Assembly: GCA_036478295.1 (NCBI GenBank)
Contig: JAZGDW010000068.1
Coordinates: 1-37,472 of the forward strand
DNA: 37,472 nucleotides
DNA from: Candidatus Krumholzibacteriia bacterium
Lineage (GTDB): Bacteria > Krumholzibacteriota > Krumholzibacteriia > WVZY01
Direction: 5' to 3'
Position 1 is the first letter of the stretch, and every line of letters begins with the position of its first letter. The translations under genes and the position numbers were made by a program. Below the pieces are notes generated by a model. It searched no databases. It was not told the origin of the DNA and was given only the letters and a program-made list of their open reading frames with translations. Of the stretch, positions 16,694 through 26,119 are shown one piece after another.

Positions 16694-17632
16694 ATGGCGC
16701 TCCGTCGCAAAGACTTCGTGTCGATTGCCGACTGCACTGCGGCGGAAATCCATGAGATCCTGGCGCTTGCCATCGAGCAAAAGGGGCACCTGCGGAAAAG
16801 TCGGCTCCCGGCGACGCACGCGGGAAAGACCCTCGCGTGCATATTTCACAAACCGTCCCTTCGAACGCGGGTCAGCTTCGAAGTGGCCATGCACCAGCTT
16901 GGAGGGGATGCGCTGTACCTGACGGACAAGGAGATAGGCGTCGGCAACCGCGAAGCCCCGCAGGATGTCGCGCGAGTGCTGTCGCGCTACGTGAGCGGCG
17001 TGATGATCCGGACCTTCGAGCAATCCATCGTGAACACGCTGGCGGAGTTTGCGACGGTGCCGGTGATAAACGGGCTTACCGATTTGCTGCATCCATGCCA
17101 AATCCTCGCCGACCTCATGACGATCCAGGAGCACCGCGGGCATCTCAAGGACCTGACCGTGGCGTTTATCGGTGACGGCAACAACGTGGTGAGGAGCTGG
17201 ATCAACGCGGCGTCCCGCCTGTCGTTCCGCCTGGTTCTCGCCTGCCCGCCGGGGTACGGTGTCGAGTCAGATTTTGTCGATAAGGCGTTCGCCGGCGGTC
17301 GCAGGCTGTACGAGGAGGTGCGCGATCCGGCAGAAGCGGTGAAAGAGGCCGACGTGCTCTATACGGACGCTTGGGCGTCGATGGGACAGGAAGAGGAGGC
17401 GGCAAAACGGCGCAAGGATTTTGCCGGTTTTCAGCTCAACCAGGCGCTCGTCGAGCGCGCGCCGTCGCACGCGGTCGTCATGCACTGTCTGCCCGCACAC
17501 CGCGACGAGGAGATTACGGACCAGGTCATCGAGTCGGATCGGAGCCTCGTCTTCGAGGAGGCCGAGAACCGCCTGCACGTCCAGCGTGCGCTCCTGTCGT
17601 TACTCATCCCGCCCGCTGGGGGCGCTGGGTGA
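16694..17632 (+). CDS. argF: Ornithine carbamoyltransferase
   Basis: KPSLRTRVSFE, HPCQ, GDGNNV, DAWASMG and HCLP. Confidence 0.93.
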   Translation: MALRRKDFVSIADCTAAEIHEILALAIEQKGHLRKSRLPATHAGKTLACIFHKPSLRTRVSFEVAMHQLGGDALYLTDKEIGVGNREAPQDVARVLSRYVSGVMIRTFEQSIVNTLAEFATVPVINGLTDLLHPCQILADLMTIQEHRGHLKDLTVAFIGDGNNVVRSWINAASRLSFRLVLACPPGYGVESDFVDKAFAGGRRLYEEVRDPAEAVKEADVLYTDAWASMGQEEEAAKRRKDFAGFQLNQALVERAPSHAVVMHCLPAHRDEEITDQVIESDRSLVFEEAENRLHVQRALLSLLIPPAGGAG

Positions 17633-18696
17633 TCGCTCGCAGGGTATGGGCTGCGGCATGGCTCGTTGTGCTCGCGGCGTGCGCCATCCCGGAGCCTCCG
17701 CCAGGCGGACCGGAAGACACGCAGCCTCCGAAGGTTTCGTTCACCTATCCGGCGGAGGGCGAGTCCTCGGTTCCGGCGGACGCCGAGATCCAGATTGGTT
17801 TCGATGAAGGAATGAATAAGAGCCGGTTCGAGCGCATGGTGAACTTTCAGCCGCCGGTCGTTATCAGAAAGGCGCGTTGGAAGGGGAACGTTCTCCACCT
17901 CGTTCTGGACGAGCCCCTTCACCCGGACACGACCTACATCGTCGAGTTGAAGGCCGGGTTCAGTGACGCCCACGGTGCAAGAAGCAAAGAGGGCGCGCGG
18001 TTCGCCTTTGCGACGTCGGCGGCCGTAGACAGCGGTGTTATCGCGGGTCGTGTATTGTTCCGCCGCGAGCCAGCCGACAAGGGCGTGGTGCGGCTCTTCG
18101 TGCTGCCGAAGGACAGTGCTTTCGCGGTGGAGGCGGCGCGCCCCGACCGGGAGACGGCGTGCCGTAAGGACGGTGCGTTCCGTTTAGCGTACCTGCCCAC
18201 CGATGGCACCTCGTTCCTCGTGTGGGCGTTTCAGGACAATAACGGTAACCTCAATTATGATCCAGGCAAAGAGGCCGGCGCTGTTGCCACGGTGTCGCTG
18301 GGCACCGATGTGTGGGGCGTTGAGGACATCGAGATTGACATTGTCGATCCGAGAGAGCCCGCCTCGGTCAAGGGAACCGTCGACAACGTCACCGGGGTGG
18401 ACTCGCTGCCGGTCGTCGTCACCCTGCACGAGCTGGCGGATAGCATGCCGCCGAGCTACTACGTACGGTGCGGATCCGATGGGTCTTTCGCACTGGACGT
18501 GTTGCAGGGGACGTACGTGCTGTGGAGCTTCCTGGATTTCCAGAACGACAGCCTGTGCGGCACCTACCCCTGTGCGGAGGATTCTGCGCGCGCTTGCGCG
18601 GAGCCGTGTGTCATGTACCCAGATACGCTTCGCGTAAAACCGGGGGACAAGGTGCGCCTGGGTAAACTGGTTCTTGGAGAGGAAGGCGCCGACTAG
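17629..18696 (+). CDS. Lipoprotein with a bacterial Ig-like (Big_5) domain and further beta-sandwich domains
   Basis: GTG start in a GTGA overlap with the argF stop. Lipobox LAAC, then CAIPEPPPGGPEDTQPPKV, IQIGFDEGM and LHPDTTYIVEL. Confidence 0.78.
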   Translation: MIARRVWAAAWLVVLAACAIPEPPPGGPEDTQPPKVSFTYPAEGESSVPADAEIQIGFDEGMNKSRFERMVNFQPPVVIRKARWKGNVLHLVLDEPLHPDTTYIVELKAGFSDAHGARSKEGARFAFATSAAVDSGVIAGRVLFRREPADKGVVRLFVLPKDSAFAVEAARPDRETACRKDGAFRLAYLPTDGTSFLVWAFQDNNGNLNYDPGKEAGAVATVSLGTDVWGVEDIEIDIVDPREPASVKGTVDNVTGVDSLPVVVTLHELADSMPPSYYVRCGSDGSFALDVLQGTYVLWSFLDFQNDSLCGTYPCAEDSARACAEPCVMYPDTLRVKPGDKVRLGKLVLGEEGAD

Positions 18697-18698
18697 CC

Positions 18699-19538
18699 AT
18701 GGATATTTCGTTCGTCAAGATGCACGGGGCGGGCAACGACTTTGTGGTGATGGATAACCGCGGCGGTGCGATCCGCCTGGACGCGGCACGCATCCGCGCG
18801 ATGTGCGATCGGCGCCGCGGTGTGGGCGCCGACGGTGTGATACTGATCGAGGGGGCCGAAGAGGCCGATTTCCGCATGCGCTACTATAATAGTGACGGGG
18901 GAGAGGCCGAGATGTGTGGGAACGGAGCCCGCTGCGCCGCTTTTCATGCGGTGCGCTTGGGCCTGGGAGAGGGCCGAGGCGAAACGGTTCACGTGCGCTT
19001 TGTCACCGGCCCGGGGCTGATCGAAGGGCACGTGGAGGGCTGCCAGGTGGCCATCTCCATGACCGACGCAACCTCTTTCAAGAAAGGCGTTTGCTTGCCG
19101 GTTGCGGAAGGCGAGGAAATTGTGCATTTTATAGACACGGGGGTCCCTCACGCGGTCGTGGTGGAAAAAGACGTCTGGGCGCTCGACGACCGTGCCGTCG
19201 CCGGCCGCGGACGCGCCATTCGCATGCACTCCGCCTTCGAGCCGGACGGGGCCAACGTGGATTTCGTGACGACGCTCGATGACGGCAGGGTCGCGGTGCG
19301 CACCTACGAAAGGGGAGTCGAGGCCGAGACCGAGGCGTGTGGCACCGGCGCCGTAGCCGCCGCCGTGGTGCTGGCCAAGCTCGGTAAGGCCCGGAGTCCG
19401 GTGACGCTCGTCACACGGGGTGGGGAGACGCTGAGCGTCTCCCTCGAAGAGGCGGCATGGGGGGCGAGTGGGGTCGTCCTTACGGGACCCACCGCCGTCA
19501 GTTTCCAAGGCACCATGCGTTTGTCCAGGGGGGAATAG
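18699..19538 (+). CDS. dapF: Diaminopimelate epimerase
   Basis: FVKMHGAGNDF, EMCGNGARC, DTGVPHAV and RTYERGVEAETEACGTG; both catalytic Cys are present. Confidence 0.97.
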   Translation: MDISFVKMHGAGNDFVVMDNRGGAIRLDAARIRAMCDRRRGVGADGVILIEGAEEADFRMRYYNSDGGEAEMCGNGARCAAFHAVRLGLGEGRGETVHVRFVTGPGLIEGHVEGCQVAISMTDATSFKKGVCLPVAEGEEIVHFIDTGVPHAVVVEKDVWALDDRAVAGRGRAIRMHSAFEPDGANVDFVTTLDDGRVAVRTYERGVEAETEACGTGAVAAAVVLAKLGKARSPVTLVTRGGETLSVSLEEAAWGASGVVLTGPTAVSFQGTMRLSRGE

Positions 19539-19543
19539 CCGGT

Positions 19544-20422
19544 ATGGAATTTGTGGGGACGTACACTGCGTTGGTAACGCCGTTCAAGGACGGCGAACTC
19601 GATATGGACGCCTACCGGGAGCTGCTGGCGACCCAGGCGGCAGCCGGACTGGCGGGTGTGGTGCCGTGCGGCTGCACCGGCGAAGCGGCGACGCTGGCCG
19701 AGAAGGAGCGCAGGACACTGCTGGAGACGGCTCTGGAACGGGTCGGCGATCGTCTGCAGGTCGTCGCGGGCACCGGGACCAACTCGACCGAGTCGACCAT
19801 CCGCCTGACCCGCGAAGCCGAAGCGGCCGGGGCCCACGCGGCGATGCTGATTACCCCGTACTATAACAAGCCGTCGCAGGCGGGTATGCTGGATCATTAC
19901 CGGCAGGTTGGGGACGCGACCGAGCTGCCCCTTATCCTGTACAACGTGCCGGGGCGCACCGGCGTCACGCTGTCTGCCGATACCGTCGCGGAGCTGCACC
20001 GGACAGGCCGCTTCGCGGCCATCAAGGAGGCTGGCGGCAGTATCGATGCGGTATCGGACATTCGCGCGAAGAGTGACATTACGGTTTTGTCGGGGGACGA
20101 CTCCTTGACCGTGGCCATGCTGGCGCTGGGTGCGCGCGGTGTGGTCTCGGTGATTTCCAACATTCTGCCGGCGGCCGTGCGCGACATGGTGGCGGCGGCG
20201 CTCGAGGGTGATTTCAAGCGGGCCAGCGACCTGCACTTCCGGTTGTTGCCGGTGATGCGTGCGGCCTTCGTGGAATCCAACCCGTCGCCCATGAAATCGA
20301 TGCTGGCATCCACCGGGATGATGCGGGAGGACGTACGCGCACCTTTGGCCCCGGTGTCCAGCCACAACCGTGACGGGATTCTACGAGCCCTGGAGACCTT
20401 CAATGACGGGGCCGCGTCATGA
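19544..20422 (+). CDS. dapA: 4-hydroxy-tetrahydrodipicolinate synthase
   Basis: TALVTPF, GCTGE, PYYNKP, LYNVPGRTG, AIKEA (Schiff-base Lys), SGDD and ESNPSP. Confidence 0.95.
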   Translation: MEFVGTYTALVTPFKDGELDMDAYRELLATQAAAGLAGVVPCGCTGEAATLAEKERRTLLETALERVGDRLQVVAGTGTNSTESTIRLTREAEAAGAHAAMLITPYYNKPSQAGMLDHYRQVGDATELPLILYNVPGRTGVTLSADTVAELHRTGRFAAIKEAGGSIDAVSDIRAKSDITVLSGDDSLTVAMLALGARGVVSVISNILPAAVRDMVAAALEGDFKRASDLHFRLLPVMRAAFVESNPSPMKSMLASTGMMREDVRAPLAPVSSHNRDGILRALETFNDGAAS

Positions 20423-21192
20423 GCACGGTCACCGCACCCACATCGGTGCTCGTGCACGGCGCAGGCGGGCGCATGGGCCGGGCCGTGCTGTCGCTTGCCC
20501 CCCACGTGGCAGAGGTCCGCTTGAAGGGCATTCTGGAACTGCGGGAAAACCGGCCGTTGTCTGGGTCGGTTGGCGCAGAAAGCCTTCCGGTTTTTGGCCA
20601 GGTGCCCCAGGAACAAGCTGAAAATACGGCGGTTATCGACTTTTCCCGGCCGGAAGCGATGGGCCGCCTGGTCAAGGCGATGTCCGGATCCGGGATTTCC
20701 CTCGTGTCCGGTACGACCGGTCTGGGTGGGAAGGAACGTCAGTTACTCAAGGAATACTCTGAAGAAAGCGCCGTATTCTACGATGAAAACATGAGTTATG
20801 GAATCTTAGCACTAAAGAAGCTGCTGCGACGTGCGGTGTCGCTGCTCGAAGACTATGACGTCGAGATTGTCGAAACGCACCATGCCGGCAAGCGAGACCA
20901 GCCGAGTGGTACGGCACTTGCCCTTTCTAAGGTGATATCACCCGACGTTAAGCCAATTTCCGGGCGTGGAGAGAGGGAGGATCGGCCGGTCCACATCCAT
21001 TCTCTCAGGCTCGGAGGTGTCCCCGGCGAGCATCATGTGCTGTTTGCCAACCGCGAAGAAGTCATTACGCTCTCGCACCGCGCGATTTCCCGCCAGGTAT
21101 TCGCACGCGGCGCGATACGAGCCGCCCACTTCATCACCTCGAAGAAGAGGGGATTCTACAGTATGGAAGACCTGCTCGAGGACGCATCATGA
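20419..21192 (+). CDS. dapB: 4-hydroxy-tetrahydrodipicolinate reductase
   Basis: GAGGRMG, IDFSRP, SGTTG, EIVETHHAGKRDQPSGTA and HRAISRQVFARGA. ATGA overlap with dapA. Confidence 0.95.
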   Translation: MSTVTAPTSVLVHGAGGRMGRAVLSLAPHVAEVRLKGILELRENRPLSGSVGAESLPVFGQVPQEQAENTAVIDFSRPEAMGRLVKAMSGSGISLVSGTTGLGGKERQLLKEYSEESAVFYDENMSYGILALKKLLRRAVSLLEDYDVEIVETHHAGKRDQPSGTALALSKVISPDVKPISGRGEREDRPVHIHSLRLGGVPGEHHVLFANREEVITLSHRAISRQVFARGAIRAAHFITSKKRGFYSMEDLLEDAS

Positions 21193-24005
21193 CTAGACGG
21201 GCTCCCCTTGTGGCATTTCTTATCGCAGCCATCGCCGGGTTGCTGTTTCCCGCTCCCGGCCTGGCGCAGTACCCCTTCGGCAAGAACAAGGTCAATTACA
21301 GCAAGAAAGACTGGAAGGTCATGCAGACCGACCACGTTGACATCTATTATTATCCCAACGAGCACAACCTGGTGGCGTTCGTCGCACCCATCGTCGAGGG
21401 GACTTTTCTCGAATACTCGGAGATATTCAACCTTGAGTTTCGCGATCGCCTGCCGCTGGTTTTCTACAGCTCACATTATGATTTTCAGCAAACAAACATT
21501 GTCCCTTCCCTGATTTCCGAGTACACGGGCGGCTTTACCGATTTGATAAAGGGACGAATCGCCATTCCGATGACGGGGTCTCTGTGGGAGTTGCGGCACG
21601 TCATCCGGCACGAAATGGTCCATGCCTTCATGCTGGAGAAGCTGGCGGTGGTGATGAGTGATAAGAACCGGTTCAACTACACGAACCCGCCGCTGTGGTT
21701 CGTAGAGGGGATGGCCGAGTACATCGCGGCGCGCGAAGCGGACACGCGAAGCCATATGTTCGTACGGGACGCCCTCATCCACGGCCACCTGTTGGACCTC
21801 GTGAACATCTGGAGAATCGAAGGCTCGTTCATGATGTACAAGGAGGGCGAGGCGGTCATCCGTTATATCGGCAACAACTTCGGCGTCGAGGCGATCATCA
21901 AGATACTGGAAAACTGGTGGATGTCGGACAAGTTTCCGCTGGTGTTAAAGAGCACCATCGGCCTCGACCTCCGCGAACTCAACGACGCATTCATGAAGAG
22001 CATCAAGCGCCGCTACTACCCCGCGATCCTCCACACGACGTTCGCGCCGGACGCCGGCAAGCAGTTGACGCCGCCCCATTCGTTTCACTCGCGCTGCGCT
22101 ATCGGTCTGGGCAGCGACGGCGAGATCAATCTCTACGCGCTGGGAGCCCAGGACGGCGTGTTGAACCTGTTCAAGCTCGAGCGGGGGAAACAGGGAGAGT
22201 TGAAGCGCAAGACCCTGGTGGAAGGTGCCCGCTCGTCGGCGTTCGAAACCATCCCGGCGTTTCGCAGCAAGCTCGAGGCGCACGGTGACCAGCTTCTTTT
22301 CGTGGCGAAGCGCCAGGAGCGTGACGCCATCTACCTGTGGGACACCGTCCGCAACAAGGAGATCGAACACTTTACCTTTCCCGGTTTGAGCGTCATCTCC
22401 TCGCCGACGATGTCGAACGAGGGAACGAAGATAGTCTTCAGCGCCATCGACAGCACCGGCAGCATGGACCTCTTTCTCTACCGGCGTGACAGCGGACGGC
22501 TCGAGCGCTTGACGCTGGACCGTTACGCGGAGGAAGACCCGGATTTCCACCCGACGGAAAACCTGGTGATTTTCAGTTCCGACCGCTGTGAGTCCGGCGA
22601 CCGCAAACGGCAGGGCATCTACATGGTCGACGTCGATTCGAAGGAAGTCACAGCGCTTACCTGTGGTAGCCACTCGGATGCGCATCCGGACTGGTCGCCG
22701 GACGGCAAGACGTTCCTGTTCACGTCGGATCGCGACGGGGTTTTCAATATTTACCTGTACGACGTCGAGGACCGCCTCGTCATCCGGCAGACGGCCGTGA
22801 TTGGCGGCGTGACCACTCCGGTGTTCATGCCCGATCGCTCCGGCTTCGTGGCCAGCGGCTACTACCAGGGCGAGTATCACCTGTTCGAGTTTCCACTCAA
22901 GAACAGGTCCGCGGCGGGTGATGTCATGGCCGCCTCCATCGATACGACGACCTCGACCTGGATGAGCTCCCAGCCGACCCGTGTCACCTACACGACACAG
23001 GACTACAAGCAGAAACTTGGGTTGGATTTCGCGGGCACAGGGTTGTCGGTCGACCCGGACTTCGGAACCCTGGGCAACGGGGGTGCCGTCGTCTTCTCGG
23101 ACATACTGGGTAATCACCAGTATCAGGTGTTCTTTGGGACGACGAGCAATTCGCAGCAGGAAGGGAATTTCTTCAAACGGCTCAACTTCGGGTTCAATTA
23201 TGCGAATCTCACGCGGCGTCTGAACTACACGGTCGGCGTCTTCAGCCTGACGAGTCTTACCGGTGATTTTTTTACGGTGTTCCGGTCCGAGCGACGCTTC
23301 GGCATCGCGACGGGTGTCAGCTACCCGTTCAGCAAGTTCACACGCGTGGACGGCTCGTTCGTACTGCGCTTCGTCGACCGCGAGTCCGATTTCACCGCAC
23401 TGGCCAATCAGAAGAGCTTTCTGGGGTCGACGTTTCTGACCTACGTTTCGGACAACACCCTGTGGACGGTGGGGGGACCGTTGAAGGGCTGGCGGTACCA
23501 TACCACCATCGGGCAGACGATCGATTTCAGAGGACGTGGCTTCGATAACACGACCGTGCATTTCGACATCCGCAAGTACTTCAAGCTCGCGCGGGGCGTG
23601 GTCTTCGCCCAGCGCTTTGTCACCCGGCACAGTTTCGGCAGCGACTTCCAGATCTTCTACCTGGGCGGACCGTGGGATCTGAGGGGATACGATTTTCGGG
23701 AATTCTTCGGGCGCAGCACTTACCTGCTCAACAGCGAGATCCGCTTTCCACTGATCAACCACTTCGCGCTCAGTCTCCCCATCGGTGCGATCGAGTTTCC
23801 GCTGATCCGGGGAGCCCTCTTCTTCGATGCGGGCAAGGTCAGCCGCTTCATCGACGATACCGACTGGCTGGGGACGATAGGCGTCGGCACCGAGCTCAAC
23901 CTCGGTTTCGCACCCGTCATCCGTGTCAACTTTACACGGGCCACCGATTTCAGTAGTATATCCAGCAATACAGATTTCGAGCTTTTTATCGGGCTCAACT
24001 ACTAG
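21189..24005 (+). CDS. Omp85-superfamily outer-membrane protein with an N-terminal gluzincin (peptidase MA-like) domain and TolB/PD40 beta-propeller
   Basis: Signal peptide ending GLA-Q. HEMVH with downstream WFVEGMAEY. PD40 repeats (PDWSPDGKTFLFTSDRDG). Barrel motifs LRGY and FFDAG, and a C-terminal beta-signal FELFIGLNY. Confidence 0.87.
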   Translation: MTRRAPLVAFLIAAIAGLLFPAPGLAQYPFGKNKVNYSKKDWKVMQTDHVDIYYYPNEHNLVAFVAPIVEGTFLEYSEIFNLEFRDRLPLVFYSSHYDFQQTNIVPSLISEYTGGFTDLIKGRIAIPMTGSLWELRHVIRHEMVHAFMLEKLAVVMSDKNRFNYTNPPLWFVEGMAEYIAAREADTRSHMFVRDALIHGHLLDLVNIWRIEGSFMMYKEGEAVIRYIGNNFGVEAIIKILENWWMSDKFPLVLKSTIGLDLRELNDAFMKSIKRRYYPAILHTTFAPDAGKQLTPPHSFHSRCAIGLGSDGEINLYALGAQDGVLNLFKLERGKQGELKRKTLVEGARSSAFETIPAFRSKLEAHGDQLLFVAKRQERDAIYLWDTVRNKEIEHFTFPGLSVISSPTMSNEGTKIVFSAIDSTGSMDLFLYRRDSGRLERLTLDRYAEEDPDFHPTENLVIFSSDRCESGDRKRQGIYMVDVDSKEVTALTCGSHSDAHPDWSPDGKTFLFTSDRDGVFNIYLYDVEDRLVIRQTAVIGGVTTPVFMPDRSGFVASGYYQGEYHLFEFPLKNRSAAGDVMAASIDTTTSTWMSSQPTRVTYTTQDYKQKLGLDFAGTGLSVDPDFGTLGNGGAVVFSDILGNHQYQVFFGTTSNSQQEGNFFKRLNFGFNYANLTRRLNYTVGVFSLTSLTGDFFTVFRSERRFGIATGVSYPFSKFTRVDGSFVLRFVDRESDFTALANQKSFLGSTFLTYVSDNTLWTVGGPLKGWRYHTTIGQTIDFRGRGFDNTTVHFDIRKYFKLARGVVFAQRFVTRHSFGSDFQIFYLGGPWDLRGYDFREFFGRSTYLLNSEIRFPLINHFALSLPIGAIEFPLIRGALFFDAGKVSRFIDDTDWLGTIGVGTELNLGFAPVIRVNFTRATDFSSISSNTDFELFIGLNY

Positions 24006-24042
24006 TCTCCATACTTGTATCGATTCAGAATCGGAGGGCGCG

Positions 24043-25758
24043 ATGCGGTGGTCCCGCTATTATCTGCCGACCTACAAGGAAAGTCCGAGTGACGCCGAGA
24101 TTCCCAGCCATAGACTGATGCTGCGGGCGGGTGTCATCAAGAAACTCACGTCCGGTGTCTACACGTTCCTGCCTCTGGGCTTCAAAGTTCTAAAGAAGGT
24201 CGAGCGCATCGTGCGCGAGGAAATGGACCGTATCGGTTGCCAGGAGATCCTCATGCCTATCCTGCACCCGTCGGAGCTCTACGAGGAAACCGGGCGGTTC
24301 AAGCACTTCGGACCGGAGCTATTCAAGCTCAAAGACCGCAAGGAACGGCTCTTCGCCCTCGGACCGACGCATGAAGAGGTGGTAACGGACCTGGCCCGCA
24401 GCGAGCTGCGCAGCTACCGCCAGCTACCTCAGTGCCTCTACCAGATACTGACCAAATTTCGCGACGAGATCCGGCCACGCTTCGGCGTGATGCGGGCCCG
24501 AGAATTCATCATGAAAGACGCCTATAGTTTTCACGAGTCGCAGGAGTCGCTCGAGGAGACCTATCAGAACATGGCCACGGCGTATGCCCGTATCCTGGAT
24601 CGGTGCGAGTTGGAGAACGTCATGGTCGAAGCGGACGCGGGGAAGATCGGTGGTGACGTGAACCACGAATTCGTGGTGCTCACCGAGCAGGGAGAGAGCG
24701 AGATCCTGATTTGCCGGTGCGGTTACGCGGCGGCCCTGGAACGGGCAGAAAGCCGCGGCAGGCCCCCGGCAAAAAAAGAAAAGATGCTGCAGCAACCAAA
24801 AAAGGTCGATACCCCGGGACACACGACCGTCGACGACGTCACATCATTCCTGAAAGTGGACGCGTCGCAGCTCGTCAAGACGCTGCTCTTTCGCTCGCAG
24901 GGGGAAGTGGTGGCGGTGCTCATCCCCGGCAACCGGATGCTCAACGAAGCCAGGCTCATAAAAATACTGGGCGATCCCTACGGCGAACCGCTGGACGAGA
25001 AGGGTATCGTCAAACTGACCGGCGCCGACGTGGGGTTCGCGGGACCCGTCGGGCTGCCGGCCGGAACCCGGATCATCGCGGACCCGCTGTTAGAAGAATA
25101 CGAGGGGATGATCGTGGGGGCGAACACCACCGACGCCCACCTGCGCGGTGTGCAAATGGGACGCGATTTCGAAGCAACCGAGTGCCAGCGCGTCAGCGTG
25201 GCCGAGGAGGGGGACCGCTGCGTACGCTGCGACAACGGGACCCTCACCGCAAGACGCGGCGTCGAGTTGGGGCACATATTCAAGCTGGACACGAAATACA
25301 GCAAGAGCATGAACGCAACCTACCTCGACCGCGAAGGCAAAGAACGCCACTTCATTATGGGGTGCTACGGGTTTGGCGTCTCGCGCACGGTAGCGGCGGC
25401 GATCGAGGCCAGCCATGACTCGAGGGGAATACGATGGCCGAAATCCATTACGCCGTTCCACGCCATCATTCTGCCTGTCAATACTAACGATGAAGACACG
25501 GTGGCGGTGGCGGACGCGCTCTACGAAGAGCTGCAGGGGGCCGGGTGGGATGTCCTGTTCGATGACCGCGAGCTGCGCGCCGGTTTCAAGTTCAAGGATT
25601 CGGAGTTGGTGGGCGTCCCGTTGCGGGTCACGCTCGGCGAGCGCAACCTCAAGAACGGCAAGGTGGAAATATACTACCGCTGCGACGACCGTTCCGAGCT
25701 GGTCGACCGCGCGGCGGTTATTGACGTGCTAGAACGCTTTTACGGGGAAGTGAAATAA
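24043..25758 (+). CDS. proS: Proline--tRNA ligase (bacterial type with editing insertion)
   Basis: ATG after GGAGGG. LGPTHEE, FRDEIRPRFGVMRAREFIMKDAYSF, GHIFKL and MGCYGFGVSR. Confidence 0.99.
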   Translation: MRWSRYYLPTYKESPSDAEIPSHRLMLRAGVIKKLTSGVYTFLPLGFKVLKKVERIVREEMDRIGCQEILMPILHPSELYEETGRFKHFGPELFKLKDRKERLFALGPTHEEVVTDLARSELRSYRQLPQCLYQILTKFRDEIRPRFGVMRAREFIMKDAYSFHESQESLEETYQNMATAYARILDRCELENVMVEADAGKIGGDVNHEFVVLTEQGESEILICRCGYAAALERAESRGRPPAKKEKMLQQPKKVDTPGHTTVDDVTSFLKVDASQLVKTLLFRSQGEVVAVLIPGNRMLNEARLIKILGDPYGEPLDEKGIVKLTGADVGFAGPVGLPAGTRIIADPLLEEYEGMIVGANTTDAHLRGVQMGRDFEATECQRVSVAEEGDRCVRCDNGTLTARRGVELGHIFKLDTKYSKSMNATYLDREGKERHFIMGCYGFGVSRTVAAAIEASHDSRGIRWPKSITPFHAIILPVNTNDEDTVAVADALYEELQGAGWDVLFDDRELRAGFKFKDSELVGVPLRVTLGERNLKNGKVEIYYRCDDRSELVDRAAVIDVLERFYGEVK

Positions 25759-25788
25759 AAAGCGGCCGCGCTTCGTCAGCGCCGCCGC
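25753..25788 (-). terminator. Intrinsic terminator of rpsT (possibly bidirectional)
   Basis: Stem GCGGC-C-GCGCT/AGCGC-C-GCCGC next to AAATAAAAA, which is a U-tract on the minus strand. Lies between convergent proS and rpsT. Confidence 0.6.
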
Positions 25789-25813
25789 CGTAACCGTCCG
25801 CTGGTGTGCGGTC

Positions 25814-26053
25814 CTATTTGCCCGGTTTGAAGCGGGCCTTCAAGCGCGCCGCCTTGTTCTTGTGGAAGAGTCCGCGATTGACGGCGCGGTCCAGGATGGA
25901 ATGCATCGCTTTGACCGCTTCTTCCGCCTTTGCCTTCGGCAATTCCCGGATCGCCTTTACCGAGCCCCTCAGCGCGCTGCGGGCCGCCCGGTTGCGGGAC
26001 TGGCGCTCGAGACTGGTCTTCAGGCGTTTTTTCGCTGATTTGTGTTGTGGCAT
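25814..26053 (-). CDS. rpsT: 30S ribosomal protein S20
   Basis: 79 aa MPQHKSAKKRLKTS...RNRAARSALR...LDRAVNRGLFHKNKAARLKAR. SD GGAGGG upstream on the minus strand. Confidence 0.96.
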   Translation of the reverse strand: MPQHKSAKKRLKTSLERQSRNRAARSALRGSVKAIRELPKAKAEEAVKAMHSILDRAVNRGLFHKNKAARLKARFKPGK

Positions 26054-26081
26054 TCTTTCCCTCCGGACTAAAATCTGTAGA

Positions 26082-26110
26082 AAGCTAACATTCGGCAGCG
26101 TCCGAGTCAA
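26082..26110 (-). promoter_or_regulatory. Putative sigma70 promoter of rpsT (extended -10)
   Basis: The minus strand reads TTGACT-N17-TAGCTT with TGn before the -10. Confidence 0.65.
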
Positions 26111-26119
26111 GCAAATCGT

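Noticed and set aside
16850..16880. SLRT instead of STRT in ArgF, suggesting an N-acetyl- or N-succinyl-ornithine transcarbamylase
   Set aside because: The DxxxSMG ornithine-binding loop, GDGNNV and HPCQ are those of an ordinary OTCase.
21945..23762. Long antisense ORFs (605 aa here; also 32130-33776, 13802-15271, 7205-8380, 26802-27992 and others)
   Set aside because: These are shadows of GC-rich, codon-biased sense genes, with no recognisable motifs or start signals.
21189..24005. Calling the Omp85 gene bamA or tolB
   Set aside because: No POTRA domains are visible, and the peptidase-propeller-barrel architecture differs from both.
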